From the NCBI GenBank assembly GCA_036676985.1, contig JAKFBU010000038.1, positions 160,001 through 224,000 of the forward strand: DNA of 64,000 bases, in the 5' to 3' direction. The stretch is from Candidatus Sericytochromatia bacterium (lineage in GTDB: Bacteria; Cyanobacteriota; Sericytochromatia; S15B-MN24; UBA4093). Below, piece by piece: positions 47,411 through 57,527 of the stretch. The notes under the pieces are model-generated. The model did no database searches, was not told where the DNA came from, and was given only the letters and a program-made list of their open reading frames with translations. Position 1 is the stretch's first letter. The number at the start of each line of letters is the position of its first letter. The translations under genes were made by a program, and so were the position numbers.

Positions 47411-48100
47411 TCAAGCCTCGGGCGTGTGGAACGAGTAGCCGCGCCGCGAGGACAGGATCAGCTTCGGGGTGGTCGGCTCGGCTTCCAGCTTTCGGCGCAG
47501 GTTCTTGATGTGCGTGTGCACGACCTGCGGGTTTCCGAGCTGCCGCGGCTCGCCGAGGGCCTCGACGAGCAGGTTCTCGGTGGAGACGGACTGCGCGGGC
47601 CGGGATGCCAGGTAGGCGAGGATGGCGAACTCGGAGGGCGTCAGCGCGATGGCTTGCCCGTTGATGCGTGCCGAGTGCGAGCCCGGCTCCAGCTTCAGCG
47701 GGCCCGCCTCGACGACGGCCGTCGTCTCGAGGGCCCGCAGGCGCGATCGCAGGTGGACCTTGAGCCGATACTGGAACTCCAGCTGGTCCAGGGGCATGAG
47801 CATGACGTCCGTCGCCCCCACCTGGAAGGCCTGGTACTTGGAGTCCGTGCGATCGACGAGCAGGAAGATCGGCGTGTCGAGAAAGGGAGCGATGCCGCGC
47901 AGCCGACGGGTCAAGCTCAAGCCGTCGAGCCCCGCATCGATCACGATCGCGTCCGGCAGGACGGTCTCGGCGCGGCGGAGGGCCTCGGCCCCCGTGGTGG
48001 CCGTCAGGACCTCGAGGCTTCCGACCTTGGCGGCGAGGAAGGTCACGAGGCGCTGGAGGGCTAAATCAGCGGTGGCGACGAGGAGTTTGAGCTTTTTCAT
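47411..48100 (-). CDS. OmpR-family regulator with a degenerate receiver domain
   Basis: Winged helix LTPSEF, VVHTHIKNLRRKLE, RRGY; the receiver lacks the acidic pair, the Thr/Ser and the Lys. Confidence 0.82.
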   Translation of the reverse strand: MKKLKLLVATADLALQRLVTFLAAKVGSLEVLTATTGAEALRRAETVLPDAIVIDAGLDGLSLTRRLRGIAPFLDTPIFLLVDRTDSKYQAFQVGATDVMLMPLDQLEFQYRLKVHLRSRLRALETTAVVEAGPLKLEPGSHSARINGQAIALTPSEFAILAYLASRPAQSVSTENLLVEALGEPRQLGNPQVVHTHIKNLRRKLEAEPTTPKLILSSRRGYSFHTPEA

Positions 48101-48234
48101 GGTGTCGAGGGGCATTGTAACGTAGCCATACTCGCCCGGCAACCGGCCGGCGGCGCCCGTCCGCAAGGCTTCCTTCTCCGTGTTCAACGGCGGCGCGCTT
48201 GGATAGAATCAGCGCATCAGGAGGGAGGGACACC

Positions 48235-48438
48235 ATGGACAAGAAGCTGCAAGCGCGCCCGGTCAAGGGCGGACTGGTCCACACCCGCTACGAGTCGGAC
48301 GAGCATTCCAACCAGGTCGGGCTGACGGACGCCGAGGCCCTCACAACGGAGGTGCCGGTGGAATACGCAGAGGTCGATGACTCGCACAAGCATGGGCCCA
48401 AGAGCGTGCGCGACATCGACAGCGGCGGCGAGTTCTAG
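48235..48438 (+). CDS. Small acidic hypothetical protein
   Basis: ATG after GGAGGGAGG; 67 aa with typical codon usage. Confidence 0.6.
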   Translation: MDKKLQARPVKGGLVHTRYESDEHSNQVGLTDAEALTTEVPVEYAEVDDSHKHGPKSVRDIDSGGEF

Positions 48439-48581
48439 CCGCCTGCGACCGGCCGGACCCGCATGCTTCCCTGAATGCGCTCGGAGGGCTACAATGCAAG
48501 GGGTATGGACGCTCGTCATGTGGCCACCGGGCCGCGAGTGACCGCACCAAGTTGGCCCCCGTCCCACTCGTGAGGAAGAAC

Positions 48582-48788
48582 ATGCTCGACGTTTGCCACC
48601 AGGTCCTGCGCTACATGCACGACAAGTACGGCCCCCAGCAGCCCATGGTCGTGGCCCTTAACCACGAGGGTCGCGGCATTTCCCGCCACGTCCGGGTGGA
48701 GCTCATCTCGCGCCTCGGACGCGATCTCACCCTGGGCAAGGCCCTCGAGGTCTACGAACCCCAGCCGGTCGCCAAGACCTTCAAGTAG
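48582..48788 (+). CDS. Small hypothetical protein
   Basis: ATG after GAGG; 68 aa with typical codon usage. Confidence 0.6.
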   Translation: MLDVCHQVLRYMHDKYGPQQPMVVALNHEGRGISRHVRVELISRLGRDLTLGKALEVYEPQPVAKTFK

Positions 48789-48842
48789 GGATCAGCCCTT
48801 ATTACTCTCGACCGTCATACCCCCTTCCAGTATAAAAGGGGT

Positions 48843-50117
48843 ATGACGGTCAGCTTTTTCTACCTTCAGGCTCCCGAACCGGGCCCGCATCCCGCGACCC
48901 TAGCCGACGAGCTCTTGCGGGTGGCGATCGCCCTCAACGAGGGCAACACCCCGGAGCAGCTGATCGACATCCTGTTCGACACCCTGGGCGACTTCGTGCC
49001 GATCGATCGCATCGGGCTGGCCATGCTGGGTCCCGATGACGTCCTCGAGAGCCGCTACGTTCGCTCCCGAGGCCCCGTCTTCCTGAGATCCGGGGCGCGG
49101 GCGCCCATCCATGGGTCGAGCCTCGAGCCCATCGTCCGCGAGCGCAAGCTCCGCATCATCGCCGACCTGGAGGCATACGCCGCCGAGCATCCGTCCTCCT
49201 GGAGCACCCAGCTGATCCTGAAGGAGGGGATGCGCTCCAGCCTCACGCTGCCCCTCATCGTCCGGGATCGCCCGCTCGGCATCCTGTTCTTGTCGAGCAC
49301 GCGCCCCGACGCCTATCGCGCGGAGCACGCGAACTTCATCCGCGCCATCGCCCTGACGGTGGCCGCGGCGCTCGAGCGCGGCTTGTTCGTGGGCGAGCTG
49401 CGGCGCGCCAACGAGGATTTGCGCGAGCTGGACCAGCTCAAGACCAACTTCCTGAGCAACCTGAGCCACGAGCTGCGGACCCCCCTGAGCGAGGTCCTCA
49501 GCTACGCCTACGCCCTCGATGACGAGGTGGCCGGGGCCATGGGGCCGGATCAGCACCAGTACCTCCACCGCATCCTGGCCGGCGCAAAGCGTCTGGAGAG
49601 CCTGCTCACGGAGCTCTTCGACTACACGGCCCTCGAGTCCGGCGCGTTCACCCTCGAGCGGGTGCCGGTGGACCTCGGGCCGCTCGCGCTCGAGGTGGCC
49701 GAGGAGTGCCGTCCCGCCATCGAAGCGTCCGGCCTGGAGCTGACGGTCGAGACCGCCCCGTCGTCCGTCAACTTGGAGGGGGATCCGCCGCGACTGGCGC
49801 AGGTGCTCCGGATTCTGCTGAGCAACGCGCGCAAGTTCACGCCGGCTCCAGGACGCGTGACGCTTCGGACGGGGGCGGAGGAGGGTCGGGGCTGGGTGGA
49901 GGTCGAGGACACGGGAATCGGGATTCCCGAGGACCAGCAGCCCCGGATCTTCCAGCGCTTCTTCCAGGTCGAGGGCGACGCCGGTCGCTCCTATGGGGGC
50001 ACCGGTCTCGGGCTGGCGCTCGCCAAGGCGATCGCCGAGGCCCATGGCGGCACCCTGACCTTCCGCAGCCGGCCCGGTGAGGGATCGGTCTTCCGCCTGT
50101 CCCTATCGCGAACGTGA
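48843..50117 (+). CDS. GAF-domain sensor histidine kinase
   Basis: GAF (SSLTLPLIV); H-box LSHELRTPL; N-box NARKF; DTGIGI, FQRFFQ, GGTGLGL. Confidence 0.92.
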   Translation: MTVSFFYLQAPEPGPHPATLADELLRVAIALNEGNTPEQLIDILFDTLGDFVPIDRIGLAMLGPDDVLESRYVRSRGPVFLRSGARAPIHGSSLEPIVRERKLRIIADLEAYAAEHPSSWSTQLILKEGMRSSLTLPLIVRDRPLGILFLSSTRPDAYRAEHANFIRAIALTVAAALERGLFVGELRRANEDLRELDQLKTNFLSNLSHELRTPLSEVLSYAYALDDEVAGAMGPDQHQYLHRILAGAKRLESLLTELFDYTALESGAFTLERVPVDLGPLALEVAEECRPAIEASGLELTVETAPSSVNLEGDPPRLAQVLRILLSNARKFTPAPGRVTLRTGAEEGRGWVEVEDTGIGIPEDQQPRIFQRFFQVEGDAGRSYGGTGLGLALAKAIAEAHGGTLTFRSRPGEGSVFRLSLSRT

Positions 50118-50194
50118 GCCCGTCGCGCCGCCCCTTGGCGTGAGGGTGGCTCCGGCGTATGCTAAAAGGCCATCTTCCCTGTTTCGGAGGCGCT

Positions 50195-51106
50195 GTGACC
50201 CGTCCCTTTCCTCGCCTGTCCGGCACTGCCGGGCCGCTCGTCGTCGCGCTCGGCATCGTCTACCTGGTCTGGGGCTCGACCTACCTGGCCATTCGCGTCG
50301 CCGTCCTGGGCATGCCGCCCTTCCTCATGGCCGGCATGCGCTTTGCCATGGCGAGCGCGCTCATGCTCCTGGCGGGACTCGTGCTGCGCCAGGCGCGGCC
50401 GACCTGGCGCGAGGTCGCAGGATCCTCCATGGTGGGGCTCTTCTTGCTCCTGGGCGGCAATGGGCTGGTGGTCTGGGCCGAGCAGTTCGTCTCGTCCGGC
50501 CTTGCGGCGCTCTTGGTCGCGTCCGTGCCGCTCTGGATCCTCGCGCTGGAGGCCGTATTTCCCGGTGGTAACCGTCCCACTCGCCTGGGGACCGTGGGCG
50601 TGCTCATGGGCTTCATGGGGGTGGTGGCCCTCATGTGGCCACAGCTGTCAAAGGGAGAGCACACCGCCGTCTGGGCCCAGGGTCTTGTGCTGGTGGGGAC
50701 CTTCCTCTGGGCCCTCGGTACCTTGCTCGGCCGGAAGGTGCCCATCCCGCGCTCGGGGATCTACAACTCCGCCTTCCAGATGCTGGCGGCGGCGGTCGGC
50801 TTCCTGGCGGTGTCGTACGGCTTCGGTGAGCCCTTCCGGGTGGTCTGGTCTGCCGTGCCCCCGCAGGCCTGGGCGGCCCTCGCCTACCTCGTGGTGTTCG
50901 GCTCCTGCATCGCCTTCTCCGCCTTCGCGTGGCTCGTGCAGCATGCCCGCCCCGATCTGGTCTCGACCTACGCCTATGTGAACCCGGTCGTGGCCGTGGC
51001 GCTGGGGGCGCTGATCCTCGCCGAGCCCCTGGATCGGTGGGTAATGGGCGGCGCGGCCCTCATCGTGGCGTCCGTCGCGCTGGTGGTCAAGGGCGGCCGC
51101 CGCTAG
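50195..51106 (+). CDS. EamA/DMT-family transporter (YedA-like)
   Basis: VYLVWGSTYLAI, YLVVFGS, YAYVNPVVAV; about 10 TM helices. Confidence 0.9.
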   Translation: MTRPFPRLSGTAGPLVVALGIVYLVWGSTYLAIRVAVLGMPPFLMAGMRFAMASALMLLAGLVLRQARPTWREVAGSSMVGLFLLLGGNGLVVWAEQFVSSGLAALLVASVPLWILALEAVFPGGNRPTRLGTVGVLMGFMGVVALMWPQLSKGEHTAVWAQGLVLVGTFLWALGTLLGRKVPIPRSGIYNSAFQMLAAAVGFLAVSYGFGEPFRVVWSAVPPQAWAALAYLVVFGSCIAFSAFAWLVQHARPDLVSTYAYVNPVVAVALGALILAEPLDRWVMGGAALIVASVALVVKGGRR

Positions 51107-51468
51107 GAGCGGCTGAGCCAGGTCAGGACGATCGCCAGGAGGGCCGGAGCCGCCTGCACCCACAGGATCGCGCGGGAAGCCGTGAAGGCTCCGACCACTC
51201 CGGCAATGACGACGCACGCCAGGAAGAAGAGGCGCAAGGCGACGGGATCCGGAGCCTGGGGCATGAGGCTCCAGAGCAGTCCCGCCGCGAGGAAGCCGTT
51301 GTAGACCCCCTGGTTGGCCGCGAGGACGGCCGTGGCCTGGGCCTGTTCCGGGGTCATGCCAAAGGTCTTGAGCCCGATGGGCGTGCGCCAGAGCAGGGAC
51401 TCGAGGACCATGAACCAGACGTGTGCCAGGGCGACGAGCGCGACGAGGAGATCAGAGGCTAACCGCAT
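51103..51468 (-). CDS. DUF1304-family membrane protein
   Basis: ALAHVWFMVLE, LAANQGVYNGFLA, VQAAPA. Confidence 0.85.
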   Translation of the reverse strand: MRLASDLLVALVALAHVWFMVLESLLWRTPIGLKTFGMTPEQAQATAVLAANQGVYNGFLAAGLLWSLMPQAPDPVALRLFFLACVVIAGVVGAFTASRAILWVQAAPALLAIVLTWLSRS

Positions 51469-51477
51469 GGGGACTCC

Positions 51478-52335
51478 CTAGGCGAACTGTTGCAAGTGAG
51501 CGTAGACGAAGTCGACGTAGGGCTGGTTCGCGTACTTCCCGCTCGCGTCCTTTTTGACGCTGCCCGCGTTGTAGGCGGCCACGGCGTCCTTCCAGTCCCC
51601 GTAGCGCTTGTATTGAGAGGCGAGGTACTGGGCGCCGTACTCGATGTTGTAGGCCACGTCGGTCTTGGCCCGGGGGAAGGCCTGCGGGTGCCAGTAGTCG
51701 TTGATCTGCATGACGCCCCAGTCGGTGGTGCTCGGGTTGCGGCCGGCCACCGGATTGCCGCTCGAGTCGTACTGGCGCCAGTTGCTCTCGCGGAGGGCGA
51801 TCGCCTTGAGGAAGGGCCTCGGGATGCCATACTTGTCCGCCGCCCGGCTGAGCAGGGTGTCGAGGACCGCGTGACTGGGATTGGTGCCCGGCGCCGGGAT
51901 GGCGAGGCCGCTCGCGATGTCGCTCGGCGAGCCGGTCGTCGGGGGCGTGGTCGGAGCGGGGGCTAAACCACTGCTGCCCGGGAGCTTCAGGACCATGCCG
52001 GGATGGATCAGGTTCGGGTTGCTGATCTGGTCCCGGTTCAACTCGTAGATCTCGCGCCAGCGGTTGCCGTCGCCCAAGGTCTTGCGAGCGATGCCGGAGA
52101 GGGTGTCGCCGGGCTGGACCGTGTAGGTCGCGGGCGCTGCGTCCTTGCCGCCGAAGAGGCGCTTCAGGCCGTTCCAGAGGCGCGAGAGGAGGCCCGCGAT
52201 GCCGGAAAGCAGGCCGTCGGCCTGCACGGTGAGCGCCGGCGCTACCGTCGGGGCCGCGACCGGCGCGGCCACCGGGGTGGCCGTTCGGGGGGCGTAGGTG
52301 CCGGGGGTGGGGGCCATGCGGCTGCCGATGATCAT
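51478..52335 (-). CDS. LysM + SLT lytic transglycosylase
   Basis: [13 protein letters not shown]...NPNLIHPG; [21 protein letters not shown]. Confidence 0.9.
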   Translation of the reverse strand: MIIGSRMAPTPGTYAPRTATPVAAPVAAPTVAPALTVQADGLLSGIAGLLSRLWNGLKRLFGGKDAAPATYTVQPGDTLSGIARKTLGDGNRWREIYELNRDQISNPNLIHPGMVLKLPGSSGLAPAPTTPPTTGSPSDIASGLAIPAPGTNPSHAVLDTLLSRAADKYGIPRPFLKAIALRESNWRQYDSSGNPVAGRNPSTTDWGVMQINDYWHPQAFPRAKTDVAYNIEYGAQYLASQYKRYGDWKDAVAAYNAGSVKKDASGKYANQPYVDFVYAHLQQFA

Positions 52336-52511
52336 CTCGCCCTCCTCGGGGTGACGGGGGATGAAGACGTCATCGGTCGTTAAACCCGGGTTAAGAACGG
52401 CTTCGGCAGCCTCGAGTGGTTAAGTTTACGTTAAAGCGGGCGCTCGCCGAGCGCCCGCCGGGGCAAGGTTCAGTTGTGCGATGGGAATGGTCGGGGGTGT
52501 CGTGGCAGGGA

Positions 52512-52985
52512 CTAGTACCCGCTGCCGCCGGATTGCTGACCAGTGCCCATGGCGCCGGCCCGCTGGCTGACGTCCGCACCCGCTTGCTGCCCGGTGCCCA
52601 TAGCGCCGGCCTGGTCGGCACCCTGCTGCTGACCGACTGCCGAGGCGCCCGCATGCTGGTCGGCACCCTGCTGCTGGCCGATTGCCGAGGCGCCCGCCTG
52701 CTGGTCGCCACCCGTCGATTGCTGGCCTGCGGGCGGACAGGGCTGCTGCCGGTCCGTCCCCAAAGGCTGCTGGGCTTGCTGCTGGTCGGTGCCCATCTGC
52801 TGCTGGTCGGTGCCCATTTGCTGCTGGTCGCCACCGCGGTCTCCGACCTGGATCGACATGCCGTGCGGCAGGACGCGAGCACGTTCGGGCTGGCTCATGG
52901 TCGGGGTGTTGAGCGCGCAGCCGCCCAGCAGCGCGACGAGGATGGTGCCGCTCAGCAGAGCTTGAGCGTTGTAGTGCTTGGCCAT
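52512..52985 (-). CDS. Gln/Gly-rich low-complexity lipoprotein
   Basis: GAGGAGG RBS; lipobox LLGGC; DQQQMGT, AGASAxGQQQGADQ and AGAMGTGQQ repeats. Confidence 0.7.
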   Translation of the reverse strand: MAKHYNAQALLSGTILVALLGGCALNTPTMSQPERARVLPHGMSIQVGDRGGDQQQMGTDQQQMGTDQQQAQQPLGTDRQQPCPPAGQQSTGGDQQAGASAIGQQQGADQHAGASAVGQQQGADQAGAMGTGQQAGADVSQRAGAMGTGQQSGGSGY

Positions 52986-53297
52986 CGAGTCTTCCTCCTC
53001 ACATCTCTTCGGGTCTTGGCTTGGGCGGCTGAGCGCTGGTAACCCGTGCCCTTGCCGTCCACGATGGGGAGTATGCACAAGGGCGAGTGCTCGTCACAAC
53101 GCTAAGACGACAGCCTCAAGTCTCGCAACCGCCTGGTGGACGGCCTATCGATCCAAAGGCGCTCCGGCGCATGAGGGTCACATCCGGACCGTGGAAGCGT
53201 CGGGGGGATCTCCCTACTTCGACCAAGGTTCTTTGTTCGGAGACGGACAAGACGACGCCCCGCCGTGTGACGGGCGGGGCGGGTGACAGGCTGGTTC

Positions 53298-55160
53298 CTA
53301 CTTGCGGTTCTTGACGTACTTGTCGAGGAAGTCCGCGGTTGCCGTGAAGCTTTTGATCCGGTTGGGAAGCTTCGCGACGCCATGGCCCTCGTCCGCGAAG
53401 AGCACGTACTCGACCGGGTGGCTGCGATCCTTCAGCGTGGCGACGATCTGATCCGCCTCGCTCTTGGGCACCCGGGGGTCGTTGGCCCCCTGGATGACCA
53501 TCAGGGGCGCCTGGATCTTGTCCACGTGGTTGATGGGCGAGACCGTCTTCAGGAACTCCCGGTCGTTGGCGAGCGAGCCGTACTCCGCCTCGCGCAGGGG
53601 GCGGCGCCAGGGGCCCGTGTTTTCGAGGAAGCTCACGAGGTTCGACATGCCGACCGTGTCCACGCCCGCCGCCCAGAGGTCGGGCAGCATGGTGAGGGCC
53701 GCGAGCGTCATGTAGCCTCCGTAGCTGCCGCCCATGATGGCGATCTTCTTGGGATGGGCGTAGCCCGATCCCTTGAGGTACTTCACCGCGTACTCGACGT
53801 CGCGGATGGCGTCCATGCGCTTGCGGGCGTCGTCCAGGTGCGTGTAGGTCTTGCCGTAACCCACGCTGCCCCGGATGTTGAGGGCGAGCATGGCGTAGCC
53901 GCGGCTAAGGTAGTACTGGAATGAGTAGGCGAAGTCAGGGCGCTCCTGGCTCTCGGGACCGCCGTGCACGTAGACCAGGGTCGGAAGCGAGCCGTCCTTC
54001 TTGGCACCCTTGGGCAGGTACAGGAAGGCCGGGATCTGCTTGCCGTCGAAGGTCTTGTACTTGATGAGCGAGGGCCGGACGAACGACGACTGCGGGATGC
54101 CCGCGAGCGTGCTCTTGGTCACCTGGCGGGCCTGGCGGCTCGCGAGGTCGTAGGTCCAGACGTCGTAGGTGTGGGTGGGGCCGCTCAGGGTGAAGGCGAG
54201 GCTCTTGCCGTCCGGCGCCCAGTTCAGGTCGGCATAGACGCCCTCGGGCAGTCCCGCGATCTTCTCGGCCTTCGCGGCGCCGAGGTCCCGGACGTAGAGG
54301 TCCGAGTAGCCGTCACGGTTCACGAAGTAGGCGACCTTGTCGCCGGCTTCGTTGAACTCCACTGTCTCCACGTCGTTCGTGTCAGGCGTGAGGAAGGTGA
54401 GGGGGCCGCCCTTGGGGTCCAGGGAGGCCAGGCAGGAGAACTCCCGGCCTTCGTCCGAGGAAAAGTAGAGCTTGCCGTCTCGCCCGAAGGCGACCGACTC
54501 GTAGTTGGCATTGCCCTGGTGCGGCGTCAGGAGGCGCTCCTTGCCCGTCGCGAGGTCGAGCAGGTACAGGTTTTGGTTCGAGGGCGTGTCGACCCGCGTG
54601 AAGACGACGCTCTTGCCGTCCGGCGAGAAGGCGAGGGCGTAGTTGGTGCCGTCTTGCGTGAGGACGCGCTTGGCCTTGCGGGTCTGCACGTCCATGACGT
54701 ACACGTCGAAGTAGGCCACGTTGCGCTCGTTGGAGGCGTAGACGATCCGGGCGCCGTCCTCGGACCAGCCGCCGAAGGTGTAGATGGCCTTGGGGTTCTT
54801 CGTCAGGGCGACCGTGCGGGTCCCGTCCGGCGACATGAGGTACAGCTGCGTGCGCTCGTCACCGCCGGTGTCCTTGCTGAAGAGGTACCAGTCGCCCTTG
54901 GGCGAGCGGGAAGCCCCGCGCACGGAGTCGGCGTAGAACGTCATCTGCTCGGGCCAGCCGCCCGTGCGCGGCACTCGCCAGAGCTGCGAGACGCCCGTGA
55001 TGTTGGTGGAAAAGACGATGTCCTGGCCATTGGGGCTGAAGACCCCGGCGCTGGCGCCACGGATCTGCAGGTATTGCTGGATCGGGTAGGCGGCGAAGGC
55101 CGGCTGGACCTGGGCGGCCAGCATGACGCCGGCGGCGATCGCCACGAGGCTCTTGCGCAT
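53298..55160 (-). CDS. S9-family (prolyl oligopeptidase/acylaminoacyl) peptidase, secreted
   Basis: Signal peptide; beta-propeller repeats; VHGGPESQ, GGSYGG, GANDPRV, DEGHG. Confidence 0.93.
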   Translation of the reverse strand: MRKSLVAIAAGVMLAAQVQPAFAAYPIQQYLQIRGASAGVFSPNGQDIVFSTNITGVSQLWRVPRTGGWPEQMTFYADSVRGASRSPKGDWYLFSKDTGGDERTQLYLMSPDGTRTVALTKNPKAIYTFGGWSEDGARIVYASNERNVAYFDVYVMDVQTRKAKRVLTQDGTNYALAFSPDGKSVVFTRVDTPSNQNLYLLDLATGKERLLTPHQGNANYESVAFGRDGKLYFSSDEGREFSCLASLDPKGGPLTFLTPDTNDVETVEFNEAGDKVAYFVNRDGYSDLYVRDLGAAKAEKIAGLPEGVYADLNWAPDGKSLAFTLSGPTHTYDVWTYDLASRQARQVTKSTLAGIPQSSFVRPSLIKYKTFDGKQIPAFLYLPKGAKKDGSLPTLVYVHGGPESQERPDFAYSFQYYLSRGYAMLALNIRGSVGYGKTYTHLDDARKRMDAIRDVEYAVKYLKGSGYAHPKKIAIMGGSYGGYMTLAALTMLPDLWAAGVDTVGMSNLVSFLENTGPWRRPLREAEYGSLANDREFLKTVSPINHVDKIQAPLMVIQGANDPRVPKSEADQIVATLKDRSHPVEYVLFADEGHGVAKLPNRIKSFTATADFLDKYVKNRK

Positions 55161-55287
55161 GATGTCTCCTTGAACGGTGTGGGGCACCCCTCAAGTCTAG
55201 GCGCCGAGTGCCTGGATGGCAAGATGGCGCCCGGTCGTCATGAGACCGGGCGCCACGGGGGATGAGGCGGGTGATGCGCGACGATCG

Positions 55288-55941
55288 CTAGCGCTGATAC
55301 TGGGTGAGCACCGAGACGATGAGGTCCTTGCCCCATCCGCCGACGCGCTGGTCGACGTAGCCTTCCTCGTAGACGCGCTTGACCGGCCCGACACCCGGGG
55401 CGAGCCACAGGTAGTCGACCTTGCGGTACTCCTGGCCCGAGCGGCCCATGCGCTCGTTGACCTGGATCTCGATCTTGAGGCACTTCTCGAACCGGCCCGC
55501 CGGCGTCTCGACCGTCTCGAAGCCCAGGTGCGTGATGATGCGTCCCTGCTTCTCGGACATGCGGCCGGGAGTGCCCAGGCGCTTGAGGTCCAGGCTGAGG
55601 CCGTAGGCATCCCACACGATGGCGGTCGGGGTCTTCACGACCTGCTGCTTGCCGACCTCCTGGCCGTTGGCGAGATAGACGAGGTTGGCCTGCTCGCCGT
55701 TCTTGGCGACGTAGTCGCGGATGCTCACGGTGCGCTCGCCCGAGAGGCGGCTCAGCTTGTCCTCGACCTGGTAGGTCCAGCGGGTGGTGCTGCCGAGTGG
55801 AAAGTAGTCCTGGTCCACGCTCTGGGCGGCGATCACGTCCTGGCCGCCGGTCGGGGCGATGGGCGTCGATAGGCCGCAACCGACGAGTCCCAGGGCGACG
55901 AGGCCGAGGGCCGCGAGACGAGCGAGTGGACGAACGACCAT
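55288..55941 (-). CDS. Hypothetical lipoprotein
   Basis: Lipobox LVGC; DYFPL...WTY, ETVETPAGRF, WLAPGVGPVK pattern. Confidence 0.75.
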   Translation of the reverse strand: MVVRPLARLAALGLVALGLVGCGLSTPIAPTGGQDVIAAQSVDQDYFPLGSTTRWTYQVEDKLSRLSGERTVSIRDYVAKNGEQANLVYLANGQEVGKQQVVKTPTAIVWDAYGLSLDLKRLGTPGRMSEKQGRIITHLGFETVETPAGRFEKCLKIEIQVNERMGRSGQEYRKVDYLWLAPGVGPVKRVYEEGYVDQRVGGWGKDLIVSVLTQYQR

Positions 55942-56042
55942 GGTGCGCCTCCTTCAAAGCTGCATAGGGGGTTATCCCGGGCAGCGGGAGGCGCCTTGCC
56001 GGGATCTGGATAAGCGAACGATATATTTGCTTAAAGGTTTAG

Positions 56043-56933
56043 TTAAGGCTTGCGGGCGAGCGTGATGCCCGCCCCGAGCAGGAGGGCGCCGCCGGCCCAG
56101 GTGCCCCAGGTCGGCACGTGCTGGAAGATGGCCACCCCGAGCACGGCGGCGAAGAGCGGGGTGAAGAGCGAGACGATGCTGGCCGTGGAGGCCCGAGCGA
56201 GCCGGTAGCCGTAGGTCATCAGGACCTGCGCGACGGTCGCCGAGACGGCCACCCCGGCGAGCAACAGCCACTCGGTGGGCGTGGGGGCGTGGTAGGTCCG
56301 AAGCAACCAGGGCAGCGTGAGGACCGAGGCCACCACGGAGAAGTAAAGGACGATGGACCAGGGGCTGTTGTTGGCCGTGGCGCGCTTGACCGCCACGTAG
56401 GCGAAGGCCGCGAAGACGGCCGACCCGAGGCCCGCCACGGCGCCCAGGTTCCAGAAGCCGCCCTTGGGCCCCACCACCAGCGCCACCCCGCCGATGGCCG
56501 CCGCAAGGCAGGCGCCCGTCCGCCAGTTGAGGCGTTCGCCCAGCAAGAAGGCCGCGAAGAGGGCCGTGAAGAAGGGCGAGGTGTAGTTGAGGAGGACGGC
56601 GTCGGCCAGGTAGAGGTGGGCGATCGCATAGAAGTACGCCGTCAGCGCCGCCCAGCCCATCACGCCGCGCCAGACGAGCAGCCCCTTGTCGTTGGCGGCG
56701 AAGCTCATCCGGCGAGCGACCATCCAGCCCGCGATGAGGACCAGCCCGCCGAAGGCCCGGAAGAAAGTGACCTCCTCGATGGGCAGGGTCTCGCTCGCTA
56801 CCTTGACGAGGGCCCCCATGACGGCGAAGCAGAGGCTCGAGCCCAGCATGAAGGCGTAGCCATGCCGTTCCCTGGACGACTGGTCGACAGCCAGCGACGT
56901 TGGCGGGTTCGCGGTGGGCGAGAGGTCGGTCAT
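56043..56933 (-). CDS. DMT/EamA-family transporter
   Basis: About 10 TM helices; VTFFR, LNYTSPFF, FLLGERL. Confidence 0.88.
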   Translation of the reverse strand: MTDLSPTANPPTSLAVDQSSRERHGYAFMLGSSLCFAVMGALVKVASETLPIEEVTFFRAFGGLVLIAGWMVARRMSFAANDKGLLVWRGVMGWAALTAYFYAIAHLYLADAVLLNYTSPFFTALFAAFLLGERLNWRTGACLAAAIGGVALVVGPKGGFWNLGAVAGLGSAVFAAFAYVAVKRATANNSPWSIVLYFSVVASVLTLPWLLRTYHAPTPTEWLLLAGVAVSATVAQVLMTYGYRLARASTASIVSLFTPLFAAVLGVAIFQHVPTWGTWAGGALLLGAGITLARKP

Positions 56934-57039
56934 GAGACGATCTTAGCATGCCCAGAGGGCCAGGGCGCCTTTAGCGAGCGAGCATCCGCTCGAAATGCGC
57001 TAGAATCATGGGGCCATAGTTGCAGAACGGAGGCTCCCC

Positions 57040-57456
57040 ATGGCGATGGAGAAGAAGGCCTACACCCCCGAAGCGTTCGAAGAGGAGCGCGAGCGCACCC
57101 GGACCTTCGTGGACGGCGTCTGCGCCCGGCTCGGCTGGGAGCGCTTCAAGGAGCCGGACGTGGTCGAGGCCATCGAGCTCGGGCTCACGCGCAACAACCT
57201 CGAGTACGGCTCGCGCTTCTGCCCGTGCTACGCGCCCATGAGCTACTTCAAGGCGGATGGTCGAAAGAACCCCGCGGCCATCTGTCCGTGTCCCGCGGCC
57301 ATCCGCATGGACGTCACGGACACCGGCGTCTATGGCCCGTTCGCCACCCGCGAGGAGCTGGAGGACAAGACGAAGGACTGGCCCTACCACGGCGAGATCG
57401 AGTCCCGTGACGACGGCTGGTACATGGTCAGCCCGCACCGCGGCATCGACCACTGA
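57040..57456 (+). CDS. Ferredoxin:thioredoxin reductase catalytic-subunit-like protein (atypical)
   Basis: IELGLTRN..EYG...CPC and ICPC motifs; the third CxC is absent. Confidence 0.6.
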   Translation: MAMEKKAYTPEAFEEERERTRTFVDGVCARLGWERFKEPDVVEAIELGLTRNNLEYGSRFCPCYAPMSYFKADGRKNPAAICPCPAAIRMDVTDTGVYGPFATREELEDKTKDWPYHGEIESRDDGWYMVSPHRGIDH

Positions 57457-57527
57457 ATGATCTTCGTCAAGCCCGGTACGGGCTGGAACGAATAGGCGCG
57501 GACAGGATTTGCCGGTAGACTGAGGCC

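Noticed and set aside
53087-53297. Possible small gene or RNA between the Gln-rich lipoprotein and the S9 peptidase
   Set aside because: Only a terminator-like hairpin (GCCCCGCC...GGCGGGGC) and weak ORFs; nothing recognisable.
57300-57460. Selenocysteine or frameshift restoring the missing CxC of the FTR-like gene
   Set aside because: No in-frame TGA at the expected position and no CxC in the alternative frames there.
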